From contig CBDETY010000003.1 of NCBI GenBank assembly GCA_965243025.1, positions 5,696,001 to 5,760,000 of the forward strand: a DNA stretch of 64,000 bases, written 5' to 3'. The notes beneath the pieces were generated by a model that saw only the letters and a list, made by a program, of their open reading frames with translations, did no database searches and was not told where the DNA came from. A program made the translations under genes and the position numbers. Source of the DNA: Candidatus Latescibacterota bacterium (GTDB lineage Bacteria > Latescibacterota > UBA2968 > UBA8231). Positions 9,425 through 18,656 of the stretch are shown here, one piece after another (the first letter of the stretch is position 1; each line of letters opens with the position of its first letter).

Positions 9425-10581
9425 GCCGTACCGCCTCGTGCGACATCGACATGCCGAAGTTGACTGGCTTCGGCACCGCCGAGGGCCGATGGGCAAGGCT
9501 TGGCCCATACTACGCGATGTTCCCAGTCGAGTTCGCACGGGACGTCATCGAAAACCTCAGCCAATGCGGCGACACGGTTCTGGATCCGTTCTGCGGCCGC
9601 GGAACCGCCCCGTACGTCGCCATGATTTCGGGCCGCCGCGCCGTCGGGTGCGACATCAATCCGGTTGCTTGGCTGTACGCCGCTGTCAAGACAGACCCGT
9701 GCCCTTTGTACCCCGACGTAAATCGGCGCATCCGCGAGGTTTCCGCCGCCGTACGGCCACGCGACCGGCGCCCGGCGGACGAGTTCCAGGCGCTCGCTTA
9801 TGGGCGGAAGGCGTTGGGTTTCATCAATGCCGCACGCCGAGAGTTGCGATGGCGCGAAAGCCGCCTCGACCGCACCGTCGCTGCCTTCTTACTCCACTAT
9901 CTGCATGCCAAGCTGGGGCAGGGCCTATCAAACCAGATGCGCCCTTCGCGAGCGATGTGTCCTGACTACTCTGTCCGCTGGTGGCGGAAGCGCGGCCTCA
10001 CAAGCCCACCCGACGTTGACGCGGCATCTTTTCTCAGCGACCGGGCCGCTTGGCGCTACGCCAAGGGGATTCCGGAACGTGCCGGGAACGCTAGGTTGGC
10101 GCTGGGCGACGCCGCCGCCGTTCTGCCAGATGCGGGGACAGGTGCCGCGCTCGTTTTTACGTCCCCGCCGTATGTCGGTGTCACCAACTACCGATCCGAT
10201 AACTGGCTGCGGCTATGGGCGTTGGGGGAGGGCCCGCCTCGAGCCGACTGGTCCACAAGCCAGAAGTTCACCAACCCCGAGAAGTACGAGACTATGCTGG
10301 ACGATGTGGTGCGGGCGGCGCGTGACCGAGCGCGTAGCGATGCGGTCTGGTACCTGCGTGTGGACGCTCGGAAGAGGACGCTCGCCGAAGTACGTCGCGT
10401 GACAGCAGCGGTGCTGCCCGGGCATCGTCGATACGAGCGACCATCGCCCTCGCCAAGTCGCACGCAGACAGCCATGTACGGAGACCACGGCGTCAAGCCG
10501 GGAGACGTGGACTTGGTGTACGTACCCCGGACAAGACGGAAACCAGCGTTCCTCAAGGGCTTCCGCCCACGTCGTCGTTAG
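9421..10581 (+). CDS. Amino (N4-C/N6-A) DNA methyltransferase, motif I before motif IV
   Basis: PYYAMFP, VLDPFCGRGT (SAM binding), FTSPPY (catalytic); ATGA overlap with the nurA stop. Confidence 0.85.
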   Translation: MSRTASCDIDMPKLTGFGTAEGRWARLGPYYAMFPVEFARDVIENLSQCGDTVLDPFCGRGTAPYVAMISGRRAVGCDINPVAWLYAAVKTDPCPLYPDVNRRIREVSAAVRPRDRRPADEFQALAYGRKALGFINAARRELRWRESRLDRTVAAFLLHYLHAKLGQGLSNQMRPSRAMCPDYSVRWWRKRGLTSPPDVDAASFLSDRAAWRYAKGIPERAGNARLALGDAAAVLPDAGTGAALVFTSPPYVGVTNYRSDNWLRLWALGEGPPRADWSTSQKFTNPEKYETMLDDVVRAARDRARSDAVWYLRVDARKRTLAEVRRVTAAVLPGHRRYERPSPSPSRTQTAMYGDHGVKPGDVDLVYVPRTRRKPAFLKGFRPRRR

Positions 10582-10781
10582 TTGACATGTCTTGGGGAGT
10601 AGCCTGTGTGGCAAGGTTCTGGCGGAACCCCCCTGAATCGGCAAGGTTGCATGATGTGCGTGGGTGAATCTGGCGTGAAGTCAGCACTGGTCTTGGGAAG
10701 AACAATGGCGTTTAAGGATGGTTCTCCCCGAATGAATCATGCTCGGCCTCTTTATGAGGGCGAGAGTGGAGGCAGGGAGTT

Positions 10782-11912
10782 GTGATAGCGAGTGGTGAAG
10801 TAAGAGTTGGCGATGCTACCGACCTCGGGTTCATTGACGAAGGATCGGTGGACTTGGTTATCACCTCGCCCCCTTATCCGATGATTGAAATGTGGGACGA
10901 GGCCTTCCAGCACCAAATACCCTGGGTTGAAAAAGCTCTGGCAGCCTGCGATGGCCCCAAGGCTTTCGAAATGATGCACAGATTACTCGACGAAGCTTGG
11001 GTGGAGGTATTCCGGGTTTTACGTCCGGGGGGGATTGCCTGTATCAACATTGGTGATGCCACCCGCACCATTGACGGGGATTTTCGGCTTTATTCCAACC
11101 ACTCGCGGATCCTATCTGGATTGCTTCGGGTTGGCTTCGTAAGCCTGCCCGATATTCTCTGGCACAAGCCTACAAACGCGCCTAACAAGTTTTTGGGGTC
11201 TGGTATGCTTCCCGCTGGTGCCTACGTCACCTACGAACATGAGTACATCCTGATCGTGCGAAAGGGCCCCCGCAGGGAATTCAAATCAGCCGCGGAGAAG
11301 AGACTGCGGCGAGAGAGCGCCTTCTTTTGGGAGGAGAGGAATCTTTGGTTCTCCGATGTCTGGTTCGATATCCGGGGAGCGGGCCAAGAGCTCGTCGACG
11401 AAGCTTCGCGCAAAAGAAGCGGTGCCTTTCCCTTTGAGTTGGCTTACCGGCTGGTGTGCATGTATTCAATCAAGGGAGACATGGTGCTGGATCCGTTCGG
11501 AGGTACGGGAATTGCAGCGGCTGCCGCCCTTGCCACGGGACGAAATGCCATCTCGGTGGAACTAGATGGGGCACTACTGCCTGTAGTTCGGTCATTCCTC
11601 CAAGCACTGCCGAAGTTTGCCAACGAGCACATCCAGCAGCGTCTCCGGCGCCACATGGAGTTCGCTCAAAAGAGAATCGCCGAGGGAGGTGCCTTCAAGC
11701 ACTGCAATCGGAACTACGGTTTTCCAGTGGTGACCTCCCAAGAGAGAGAACTCTTCCTGAATGATCTCCTGTCGGTTTGGGAGGAGAACGCTTCGGTAAC
11801 CGTTTTGTATGACAAGGAGCCACAGGCGGAGTTTCTAAAGCAGTGGACACCCGAAGAGGTGGAGGGATACTCTCTCCGTCCGAGAGAATTTCAGGCAGAG
11901 CTGCCGCTATAA
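10782..11912 (+). CDS. Beta-class N4-C/N6-A DNA methyltransferase of a Type II R-M system
   Basis: ITSPPY precedes VLDPFGGTG; convergent with the restriction endonuclease. Confidence 0.9.
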   Translation: MIASGEVRVGDATDLGFIDEGSVDLVITSPPYPMIEMWDEAFQHQIPWVEKALAACDGPKAFEMMHRLLDEAWVEVFRVLRPGGIACINIGDATRTIDGDFRLYSNHSRILSGLLRVGFVSLPDILWHKPTNAPNKFLGSGMLPAGAYVTYEHEYILIVRKGPRREFKSAAEKRLRRESAFFWEERNLWFSDVWFDIRGAGQELVDEASRKRSGAFPFELAYRLVCMYSIKGDMVLDPFGGTGIAAAAALATGRNAISVELDGALLPVVRSFLQALPKFANEHIQQRLRRHMEFAQKRIAEGGAFKHCNRNYGFPVVTSQERELFLNDLLSVWEENASVTVLYDKEPQAEFLKQWTPEEVEGYSLRPREFQAELPL

Positions 11913-11916
11913 TCTC

Positions 11917-12498
11917 TCAGAAGTCGAAACTGAACGATACGCCGCCTTTCTTCTTCTCGTAGATGATCATTCCGGAATCGATAGTCTCGGGAAGCATGTC
12001 CATGGTCGAATAGGTGGTGGGCTTTACCGAAACGGGTGTGTCTCCGATGTAACCGTCGATCCCTTGAGCTTCCTCTTCGGCGGATGCCAGCCGATAGGAG
12101 GTCCTTTTCATTTCGGCGACCCGTGCTATCAGTGCCTCTTGGAAGCAGAGGCCAGTGAAGGTTTTGGCGAGCACCAGATCCTCTACCCATTCACGGACCA
12201 TCTGCTTGTCGATCAGCAGAATCGCTTCCTGGAGTTTTTTAAGCATCGAATAGATTCGCTCAGTCGCCTCCTCGATTGCCGCTGGGTTTCTCTGAAGATA
12301 CCAAGCCTTCCATTCCTCGAAGTTCCTTCCAGAGAACTCGGTGAAGAGTTCGGTCATCTGGCCAACAACGCGCGGGCGTGTCCCTCCTGCATTCTGGTTT
12401 GCCAGATTCATGATCTGAGTGGTGTACTTTGGAAACTCGGGGACTCGGCCAACCGCGAAGTCGACGATTTCCGCAGTCTTGATTTTCCCTTTGGGCAT
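11917..12498 (-). CDS. MjaI-family Type II restriction endonuclease
   Basis: FPKYTTQIMNLANQNAGGTRPRVVGQM..., GIDGYIG..VSVKP PD-(D/E)xK-type core; GGAGG RBS. Confidence 0.85.
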   Translation of the reverse strand: MPKGKIKTAEIVDFAVGRVPEFPKYTTQIMNLANQNAGGTRPRVVGQMTELFTEFSGRNFEEWKAWYLQRNPAAIEEATERIYSMLKKLQEAILLIDKQMVREWVEDLVLAKTFTGLCFQEALIARVAEMKRTSYRLASAEEEAQGIDGYIGDTPVSVKPTTYSTMDMLPETIDSGMIIYEKKKGGVSFSFDF

Positions 12499-12904
12499 TT
12501 CATCCAGCCTCCTTGTTGTGCAGTCTCAGAATACGGACAAGTAGGTCCCCCTCCCCCAGTCGCTGACCGCCCGGTGGGTAGGTCGTAATCGACCGCGGTA
12601 AGATTCATGGTACGGCTTGGCAGGGTGACGCGTCGTTTGACGTAGTCTATGGTCAAGTTCTCCAGGGCATTGGGCCCAACGGGCTCGTCGAAATCCCCGT
12701 CTCCCTTTCCGCTTGGCGGCCCCGAGCAGGAAATTCATGGAGTTGGCCCCAGTTTGCTCCTGAATGCCCGCCAACCTTTGCTCAGGACGTGGGCTGTTCC
12801 AAGCCGCCCATAAAGGAGCACCACCTTCTTCCCCTTGCGGTTCTCTGGAGTTGACCCGATTTCGTGGACACTTCATTTCTTGAAAGAAAGGAGGGTGTCC
12901 AACC

Positions 12905-13219
12905 ATGCCGAAATCCCATTCCCCTTATCCGCCCGAATTCCGGCAACAGATGGTGGAACTGGTACGGGCGGGTCGTAGTCCGGAGTCGCTGGCCAAGGAA
13001 TTCGAGCCGTCCGGGCAGACGATCCGCAACTGGGTGATCCAGGCCGAACGCGATGAGGGGGTGCGCCGCGACGGCCCCTCCCGTCCGGAGCAGGAGGAAT
13101 TGCGGCGCCTTCGCCGTGAGAACAAGCAACTGCGTATCGAACGGGAGATCCTGGCAAAAGCCACGGCCTGGTTCGCTCGCGAGGCCGACTCGGAGTCCGG
13201 CCCGTCTACGAGTTCATGA
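12905..13219 (+). CDS. IS3 transposase OrfA (HTH + leucine zipper)
   Basis: YPPEFRQQMVELV..LAKEF..TIRNWV..ELRRLRRENKQLRIEREIL; AAAAG candidate -1 frameshift site near 13156. Confidence 0.92.
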   Translation: MPKSHSPYPPEFRQQMVELVRAGRSPESLAKEFEPSGQTIRNWVIQAERDEGVRRDGPSRPEQEELRRLRRENKQLRIEREILAKATAWFAREADSESGPSTSS

Positions 13220-14100
13220 GAGCGCACCAGGCCGACTTTCCGGTGCTGACGATGTGCCGCGTGCTGAAGGTCTCCCCCAGCGGCTACTACGCCTGGTTGA
13301 AACGCCCGCCTTCGGGTCGCGCCCGGGCCGATGCCGTGCTCAAGGCACGTGTCGAGCAGATCCACCAACACTCCCGGGGCACTTATGGAGCGCCGAGGAT
13401 CCGGGCCGAACTGGCCGAGGAGGGCCAAGCCATCGGTCGCAAGCGCATCGCCCGATTGATGCTTGAGCTCGGGGTGCGCGGGGTATGCGCCCGCCGCCGC
13501 CTCTCCACCACCCGTCGCGGCCGGCAGGGCCGGGTCGCCTCCGACCTGGTCAAGCGGGTGTTTTCGGTCTCCGGCCCGAATCGCCTGTGGGTTGCCGATC
13601 TCACCTACATTCCCACGAGGTCGGGGTTTTTGTATCTGAGCGTGGTCATGGACGCCTGGAGCCGCCGAGTGGTGGGCTGGGCCATGGCGAACCATATGCG
13701 TACGCAGTTGGTGCTGGACGCCCTTGACATGGCCCTGCACCGGCGCCGTCCCAAGAAAGTGATTCACCACTCCGACCACGGCAGTCAGTATACGGCCCTG
13801 GCCTTCGGGAAGCGCTGTCGCCAGGCCGGGGTACGTCCGTCGATGGGATCGGTCGGTGACTGCTTCGACAATGCTCTGTGCGAAAGCTTTTTCGCCACCT
13901 TGGAAAGGGAGCTGCTGGATCGTCATCGGTTTGCTACCCAGTCGCAAGCCCAGCGTACGGTTTTCGAATACCTGGAAGGCTGGTACAACCCCCATCGGCG
14001 GCACTCGGCCCTGGGACAACGATCTCCCATCAACTACGAGAGGTATCATTTATCAAGGGGTATAAATCCAAACGGAAAACTGTCCGTGAAATCGGGGTAA
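13216..14100 (+). CDS. IS3 transposase OrfB (DDE/rve)
   Basis: WVADLTY, HHSDHGSQY, DNALCESFFATLERE, YNPHRRHS. Confidence 0.95.
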   Translation: MRAHQADFPVLTMCRVLKVSPSGYYAWLKRPPSGRARADAVLKARVEQIHQHSRGTYGAPRIRAELAEEGQAIGRKRIARLMLELGVRGVCARRRLSTTRRGRQGRVASDLVKRVFSVSGPNRLWVADLTYIPTRSGFLYLSVVMDAWSRRVVGWAMANHMRTQLVLDALDMALHRRRPKKVIHHSDHGSQYTALAFGKRCRQAGVRPSMGSVGDCFDNALCESFFATLERELLDRHRFATQSQAQRTVFEYLEGWYNPHRRHSALGQRSPINYERYHLSRGINPNGKLSVKSG

Positions 14101-14140
14101 CCTCACTCGGGGCTGGTCGACCTATTAGAAACAGGGTGCT

Positions 14141-14569
14141 CTACTTACGCCACCTGCCTAGCGACAGACGTTCGCATACACGGTTTCGCCAGGAGAGCCA
14201 GAAAGCTTTAGGGTTCGGTTGAGACACAATAAGCCGCCTTCGCTCGACTTGGGCATACTCCGAATGACGGCTTGGATCGATTCTAGGCGCCCAAACGACG
14301 GTGTTATTCCAAATATAGTAGTGACTGCCGCAGCCCGAATTAGCCCACACGGACCCACCTGTGGCCCCTCCCAAGGAGACCGATTTGCCGTCAAAGTGAA
14401 CGTGCCAACGGCTGGGGTGGAGGGACAGGACGGTCAGATCGCCGCAGCCGCATGGACAGCGCAGGTTGACGGTTCGGTGCTTGTGGCTGATCCAGAGCTC
14501 GCCAGCTTTGATTGTGTCAAAGTCTGGCATTAGGTCTACGAAGATCGGTCGGACTTCCATGGGCGTCAT
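14141..14569 (-). CDS. DUF6527 family Cys/His-rich protein
   Basis: RCPCGCG...W...VSL...SVW..SGCGSHYYIWN..VVW pattern. Confidence 0.8.
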   Translation of the reverse strand: MTPMEVRPIFVDLMPDFDTIKAGELWISHKHRTVNLRCPCGCGDLTVLSLHPSRWHVHFDGKSVSLGGATGGSVWANSGCGSHYYIWNNTVVWAPRIDPSRHSEYAQVERRRLIVSQPNPKAFWLSWRNRVCERLSLGRWRK

Positions 14570-14578
14570 GCCTTCGAG

Positions 14579-15766
14579 TCAGGCCGCCCTGGCAATCCGG
14601 GGTGTCTCGAGACGGAATTTGTGAAGGAACGAAGCGGATTCGGAAACGTACTGTTCCGTGCGGCGCCGCCACTCCATCATGGCAAGCGACGCCGCCAAAG
14701 CGTTCACTTCCGGGAGCTGGACGTTGCGATAGCCTGGCGCATTGCCCTCGACCCTGGCGTTCGGTATGGCATCTTGCCATGCCAGAGAGCCGGCGGCATT
14801 GGCAATTGTCGTGACCGCGCCGCTAACCGCATCGTTTTCCAAGGTAATACTCACGCCCGAATCTATGAACGGAACCTCCTCCTCCGAGAGCACGGCGTAC
14901 ACGACGTCCTGACGCGGCGAGTCACAGTCAATCCGTTGGTCGATACACACGAAAGCATAGTCGACAGAATGTTCGGACAGGAATTCGGCGAATCTTGTTG
15001 AATTGTCGACTCGGATGGCATGCGCGTGGATGCCTTCCCGGAGGGAAGCGTACTTGGAGTGGTAGTAGTCCACTTTGCGCGGGCGCGCCTTACGCAGCGA
15101 TTCAATCTCCTCGCAAGTCGGTGCTCCCGGCGCACGCATGAGGTTGTGCCAGTCCACCTCGTCGGAATCGAGAAGATGGATCTCTGCCACAGGCGTCTTC
15201 ACCATGAGGTCAAGTAAGTAGGCCCCCGTCCCGCCCAGACCGATAATCGCAACGCGCTGATCGCGGATACGGTCTTGCACTGGGCCTATCGCCGCTCGGG
15301 CCTCGTAAGTGTTGGGAATCTTAAACGGACCCCGGTCTACGAGGGAAGTGGGTTCGTGGAAACCGGCCGCCGAAACGGCCCCGACGACTTGCTTTGCATA
15401 GCGGTAGATCACGTCGTTTGGTGAAGCATCGTCCTCTGGACTAGCTTGGCTACCTCTCCGAATAGAAATGTTGGACCAGGTTTCGCCGTCACCGCCTATG
15501 TGGTGCCCGATAGGTGTTCCATTCGCGTTGTACACGCAGCCATCCAGTGCTTCGTCAGGGGTGACGGAGACGGCATGGACTGCCCCACCTATGCGTTTAT
15601 TCGGCTTCCCGCTCTCCGGGTCGAAGGATTTTTCGATCTTGCAGGTACCAACGATCTCGTCTTTGAGCAGACAGGGAACCCTCTCGGCTGCCACAACGTC
15701 GTTGCCCACCGTCACCGTAAAACCAATCTGCCCCGCGAACTGGAAGAGGCGATCCTTACGAGACAT
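14579..15766 (-). CDS. ThiF/E1-like adenylyltransferase with N-terminal extra domain (DUF6791-like)
   Basis: VAIIGLGGTG, LLDSDEVDWHNLMRAPG, RKVDYY, FVCID, IDSG and PEVNALAASLAM motifs. Confidence 0.85.
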   Translation of the reverse strand: MSRKDRLFQFAGQIGFTVTVGNDVVAAERVPCLLKDEIVGTCKIEKSFDPESGKPNKRIGGAVHAVSVTPDEALDGCVYNANGTPIGHHIGGDGETWSNISIRRGSQASPEDDASPNDVIYRYAKQVVGAVSAAGFHEPTSLVDRGPFKIPNTYEARAAIGPVQDRIRDQRVAIIGLGGTGAYLLDLMVKTPVAEIHLLDSDEVDWHNLMRAPGAPTCEEIESLRKARPRKVDYYHSKYASLREGIHAHAIRVDNSTRFAEFLSEHSVDYAFVCIDQRIDCDSPRQDVVYAVLSEEEVPFIDSGVSITLENDAVSGAVTTIANAAGSLAWQDAIPNARVEGNAPGYRNVQLPEVNALAASLAMMEWRRRTEQYVSESASFLHKFRLETPRIARAA

Positions 15767-16004
15767 GTTCGGGGTCTACCGAGAAGCTCGTGCCGTCCTT
15801 GACTTCAACGTCCTTGCCAGGCAGGAGTACGCCGTCGTTGCCTTTCAAGTCGTTTTCGTAGTCGATTCCGGGCGTGCCGATAATGTGCTTTCCCTCCGCC
15901 TCGTGAAGCATGTTCCAGATCTTTACGATCTGTTCATACGTCACGACAGGGCCAGGGACCTTGTACTCTCGACCGCTCACGATAATCTGTGTGTCACCAT
16001 TCAT
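15756..16004 (-). CDS. Ubiquitin-like (Multi_ubiq-type beta-grasp) protein
   Basis: IIVSGREYKV...VTYEQIV...IDY...GVLLPGKDVEVKDGTSFSV; GGAGG RBS; overlaps the E1 start. Confidence 0.7.
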   Translation of the reverse strand: MNGDTQIIVSGREYKVPGPVVTYEQIVKIWNMLHEAEGKHIIGTPGIDYENDLKGNDGVLLPGKDVEVKDGTSFSVDPEHVS

Positions 16005-16136
16005 AGGTTGCTCCTCCGATTTTGGAATGCATAGGTTACGGTCAGGATCAATCCGGGGCCTGGGGGACCATTGAGGTCACACAAGCTCCATCTGTTCCTG
16101 CCCATCGAGCGCGATCAGCCTTGCCGTGTGTCGTCA

Positions 16137-16159
16137 CAACGGCATATGATATGTCGTTG
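16137..16159. promoter_or_regulatory. Palindromic operator between the Ubl operon and the Crp-like gene
   Basis: CAACGGCATA-TGA-TATGTCGTTG, 9/10 arm match. Confidence 0.55.
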
Positions 16160-16245
16160 AAAACCCAATGTCAAGGGCGTATTAGATCTTTCCTATTTGC
16201 CTTCTTGTGTGCTATTCTTGTGGGGGAGATCGGTCGTGAACCGTA

Positions 16246-17010
16246 ATGGCTGTTGAAATCGCCGGTTTTGCCCAAGCGCTAGCCCGTTGTCAGGCCTTTG
16301 AGTCCGTCGATGCTGGCGAGCTTGAGAACGTGCTCTCAAGTGGCCAGGAACCACTGGAGATGCTGTTCGTTGAGCCTTCGGCTGATGAGCCACTCATTCG
16401 CTCGGGAGGGCCCTTTAGGCACCTGTTCTTCGTTTTACACGGCATGATCGTGCCCTGGCAGTATCCTCACTCGGAACTCTCATCCCCTTTCCTCATAGGG
16501 GATCACGAATTCATGATGAATGCGGAGCGCTGGGTGGCTTCCTACTCCGCTGCAACGGAAGCGACGGTCGTGGGCATCCCCGTCTCCACGATGCGACACG
16601 CCGTTGAAAAGATGCCCGAGATTCGGTCCAATTTGTACCTATTGTTGTTGAGGCGAATGGCGCGCTACTACTGGATTTCACTCGCTACCAACGGGAGTCC
16701 ACCACCGAGGGTAGCGGCCGCTCTGATCTCCCGTCTGGCCCTCAATGGACTGGATCACGGCCGCGAGCGCGAGATCGTCGTGCGGCAGCGAGACATCGTC
16801 CGCCTCACAGTCATGTCTCGCTCGGCCGTCGCGGGGGGGATTGCAACACTCGTTTCCGCTGACCTCATCCGCACCGGGGACGACAACAGTGAAAGATTCT
16901 CAGGGCTCGTACATGTCCCGGACGTTGACCGGTTAAAGGACTACGCTCTCAGCGAAGTTCGGGGAAAAGAGGTCCTCCCACTTCTCCAGTCGTACAAAGA
17001 CTACCAATGA
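16246..17010 (+). CDS. Crp/Fnr-family transcriptional regulator (cNMP-binding fold + HTH)
   Basis: LIRSGGPFRHLFFVLHG, LIGDHEF, ASYSAATEATV; C-terminal RVAAAL...RQRDIVRLTVMSRSAV..IATL HTH. Confidence 0.7.
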   Translation: MAVEIAGFAQALARCQAFESVDAGELENVLSSGQEPLEMLFVEPSADEPLIRSGGPFRHLFFVLHGMIVPWQYPHSELSSPFLIGDHEFMMNAERWVASYSAATEATVVGIPVSTMRHAVEKMPEIRSNLYLLLLRRMARYYWISLATNGSPPPRVAAALISRLALNGLDHGREREIVVRQRDIVRLTVMSRSAVAGGIATLVSADLIRTGDDNSERFSGLVHVPDVDRLKDYALSEVRGKEVLPLLQSYKDYQ

Positions 17011-17104
17011 ACCCCTACACCCGGTTTGCAGGTAGCGTTGGTGGGACCACCCCTTGGAAGCGACCAACAAGCCGGTAACCGGGCTCCCTCGAGAAAACCC
17101 AACC

Positions 17105-18592
17105 GTGCCACCCGTCCGCGTTCGCATAGCCCCCTCGCCGACCGGAGCCCCCCACGTCGGCACCGCCTACATCGCCCTGTTCAACATGGCCTTCGCCCGC
17201 CGCCGCGGCGGCGAGCTGGTCCTCCGCATTGAGGACACCGACCAGACGCGCTCCTCCGACGAGCACGAGGAACGGCTGATAGAGGCCCTGCGCTGGGCGG
17301 GCATCGAGTGGCAGGAGGGCCCCGATGTCGGCGGCCCCCACGGTCCCTACCGCCAGAGCGAGCGGATCCAGATCTACTCCGAGTACGCCAAGCAGCTCGT
17401 CGACCAGGGCTGCGCCTACTACTCCTTCACGACCCCCGAGGAGCTGGCCGCCTGGCGGAAGCGCAAGGACTCGGATGAACCCGCCCCGTACGACGCCGAG
17501 CGCGAGCAGTCCACCGAATCCGCGCGCAAGCAAATCGACGCCGGGACTCCGCACGTGATCCGCATGAAAACCCCGCGCGAGGGATCGGTAACGGTCACCG
17601 ACACGCTGCGCGGGGAGATCCCGTTCGACCTGGCCGGCCTCGACGACCAGGTGCTGCTGAAGTCGGACGGGTTCCCCACCTATCACCTCGCCGTCGTCGT
17701 CGACGATCACCTGATGGAGATCAGCCACGTCATCCGCGGCGAGGAGTGGATTCCGTCGACGCCGAAACACCTGCTGCTCTACGACTGGCTGGGCTGGGAC
17801 CCCCCGGAGCACACCCACCTGCCGCTGCTGCTCAACCCGGACCGCTCCAAGATGTCGAAGCGGCGGAACCCGACCTCCATCGACTTCTACCGCCGCGCCG
17901 GGTACCTCCCCGAGGCCCTGCTCAACTACCTGGCGCTGATGGCCTACCCGCCGGGGGAGGGGGGCGAGGAGAAGTTCCCGCTGTCCGGGCTGGTCGACCG
18001 CTTCGATCTCGGGCGGGTCAACCTCGGCGGCTCGGTGTTCGACCTCGAGAAGCTGAGCTGGCTCAACGGCCGCTACATCCGCGAGGACCTCAGCGCCGGC
18101 CAGCTGCTGGACAAGCTGAAGGAATGGGCCCTGAACGACGGTTTCCTCGGCGAGATGATCCCGCTGATGCAGCCGCGCATGCAGACCCTCGGCGACTTCA
18201 TGCCGGCCTGCTCCTTCTTCTTCGCCCGCGAGGTGGAGCCGGCCGCGGAGGATCTCGTGCCCAAGAAGCGGGAGCCCGCGGAGGCGGCGCAGATGCTCCT
18301 GACCGCGGTCTGGGCGCTTCAGGAGGTCTCCCCCTGGGAGGTCTCCGGGGTCGAGGCGGCGGTCCAGCGGGTGAGCTCGTTCTGGGAGTGGCCGGTGCGC
18401 GAGGTGACCCGGCCGATGTTCGCCGCGCTCATGGGACGGCCGGTCGGGCCGCCGCTCTACGAGTCGATCGTCCTGCTCGACATCGACCTGACGCGGGCGC
18501 GGCTGCAGGCCGCGGTCGGGGTGCTCGGGGGGGTCTCCAGGAAGAAGGAGCGGGCCCTGGAGAAGGAGTGGTCTTCCCGGGGCCGGGGCTAG
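17105..18592 (+). CDS. gltX: Glutamate--tRNA ligase
   Basis: RIAPSPTGAPHVG, LRIEDTD, HVIRGEEW, KMSKR; GTG start chosen by homology. Confidence 0.96.
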   Translation: MPPVRVRIAPSPTGAPHVGTAYIALFNMAFARRRGGELVLRIEDTDQTRSSDEHEERLIEALRWAGIEWQEGPDVGGPHGPYRQSERIQIYSEYAKQLVDQGCAYYSFTTPEELAAWRKRKDSDEPAPYDAEREQSTESARKQIDAGTPHVIRMKTPREGSVTVTDTLRGEIPFDLAGLDDQVLLKSDGFPTYHLAVVVDDHLMEISHVIRGEEWIPSTPKHLLLYDWLGWDPPEHTHLPLLLNPDRSKMSKRRNPTSIDFYRRAGYLPEALLNYLALMAYPPGEGGEEKFPLSGLVDRFDLGRVNLGGSVFDLEKLSWLNGRYIREDLSAGQLLDKLKEWALNDGFLGEMIPLMQPRMQTLGDFMPACSFFFAREVEPAAEDLVPKKREPAEAAQMLLTAVWALQEVSPWEVSGVEAAVQRVSSFWEWPVREVTRPMFAALMGRPVGPPLYESIVLLDIDLTRARLQAAVGVLGGVSRKKERALEKEWSSRGRG

Positions 18593-18656
18593 CCTTGGTT
18601 ACTTCCGTTTCTTCATTCTGGTTCGAGGTCAGGCAGAGGATTTCCCTTCCGTTCCG

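Larger units (their letters stand above)
12846..14105 (+). mobile_element. IS3-family insertion sequence, 1260 bp, apparently intact
   Basis: TG...CA ends; imperfect IRs TGGAGTTGACCCGATTTCGTGGACACTT vs reverse complement TGAGGTTACCCCGATTTCACGGACAGTT (21/28); 3-bp direct repeat CTC at 12843-12845 and 14106-14108. Confidence 0.95.

Noticed and set aside
11917-12498. Assigning CTAG specificity from the MjaI family name
   Set aside because: Family membership does not fix the recognition site, and CTAG scarcity is common in GC-rich genomes
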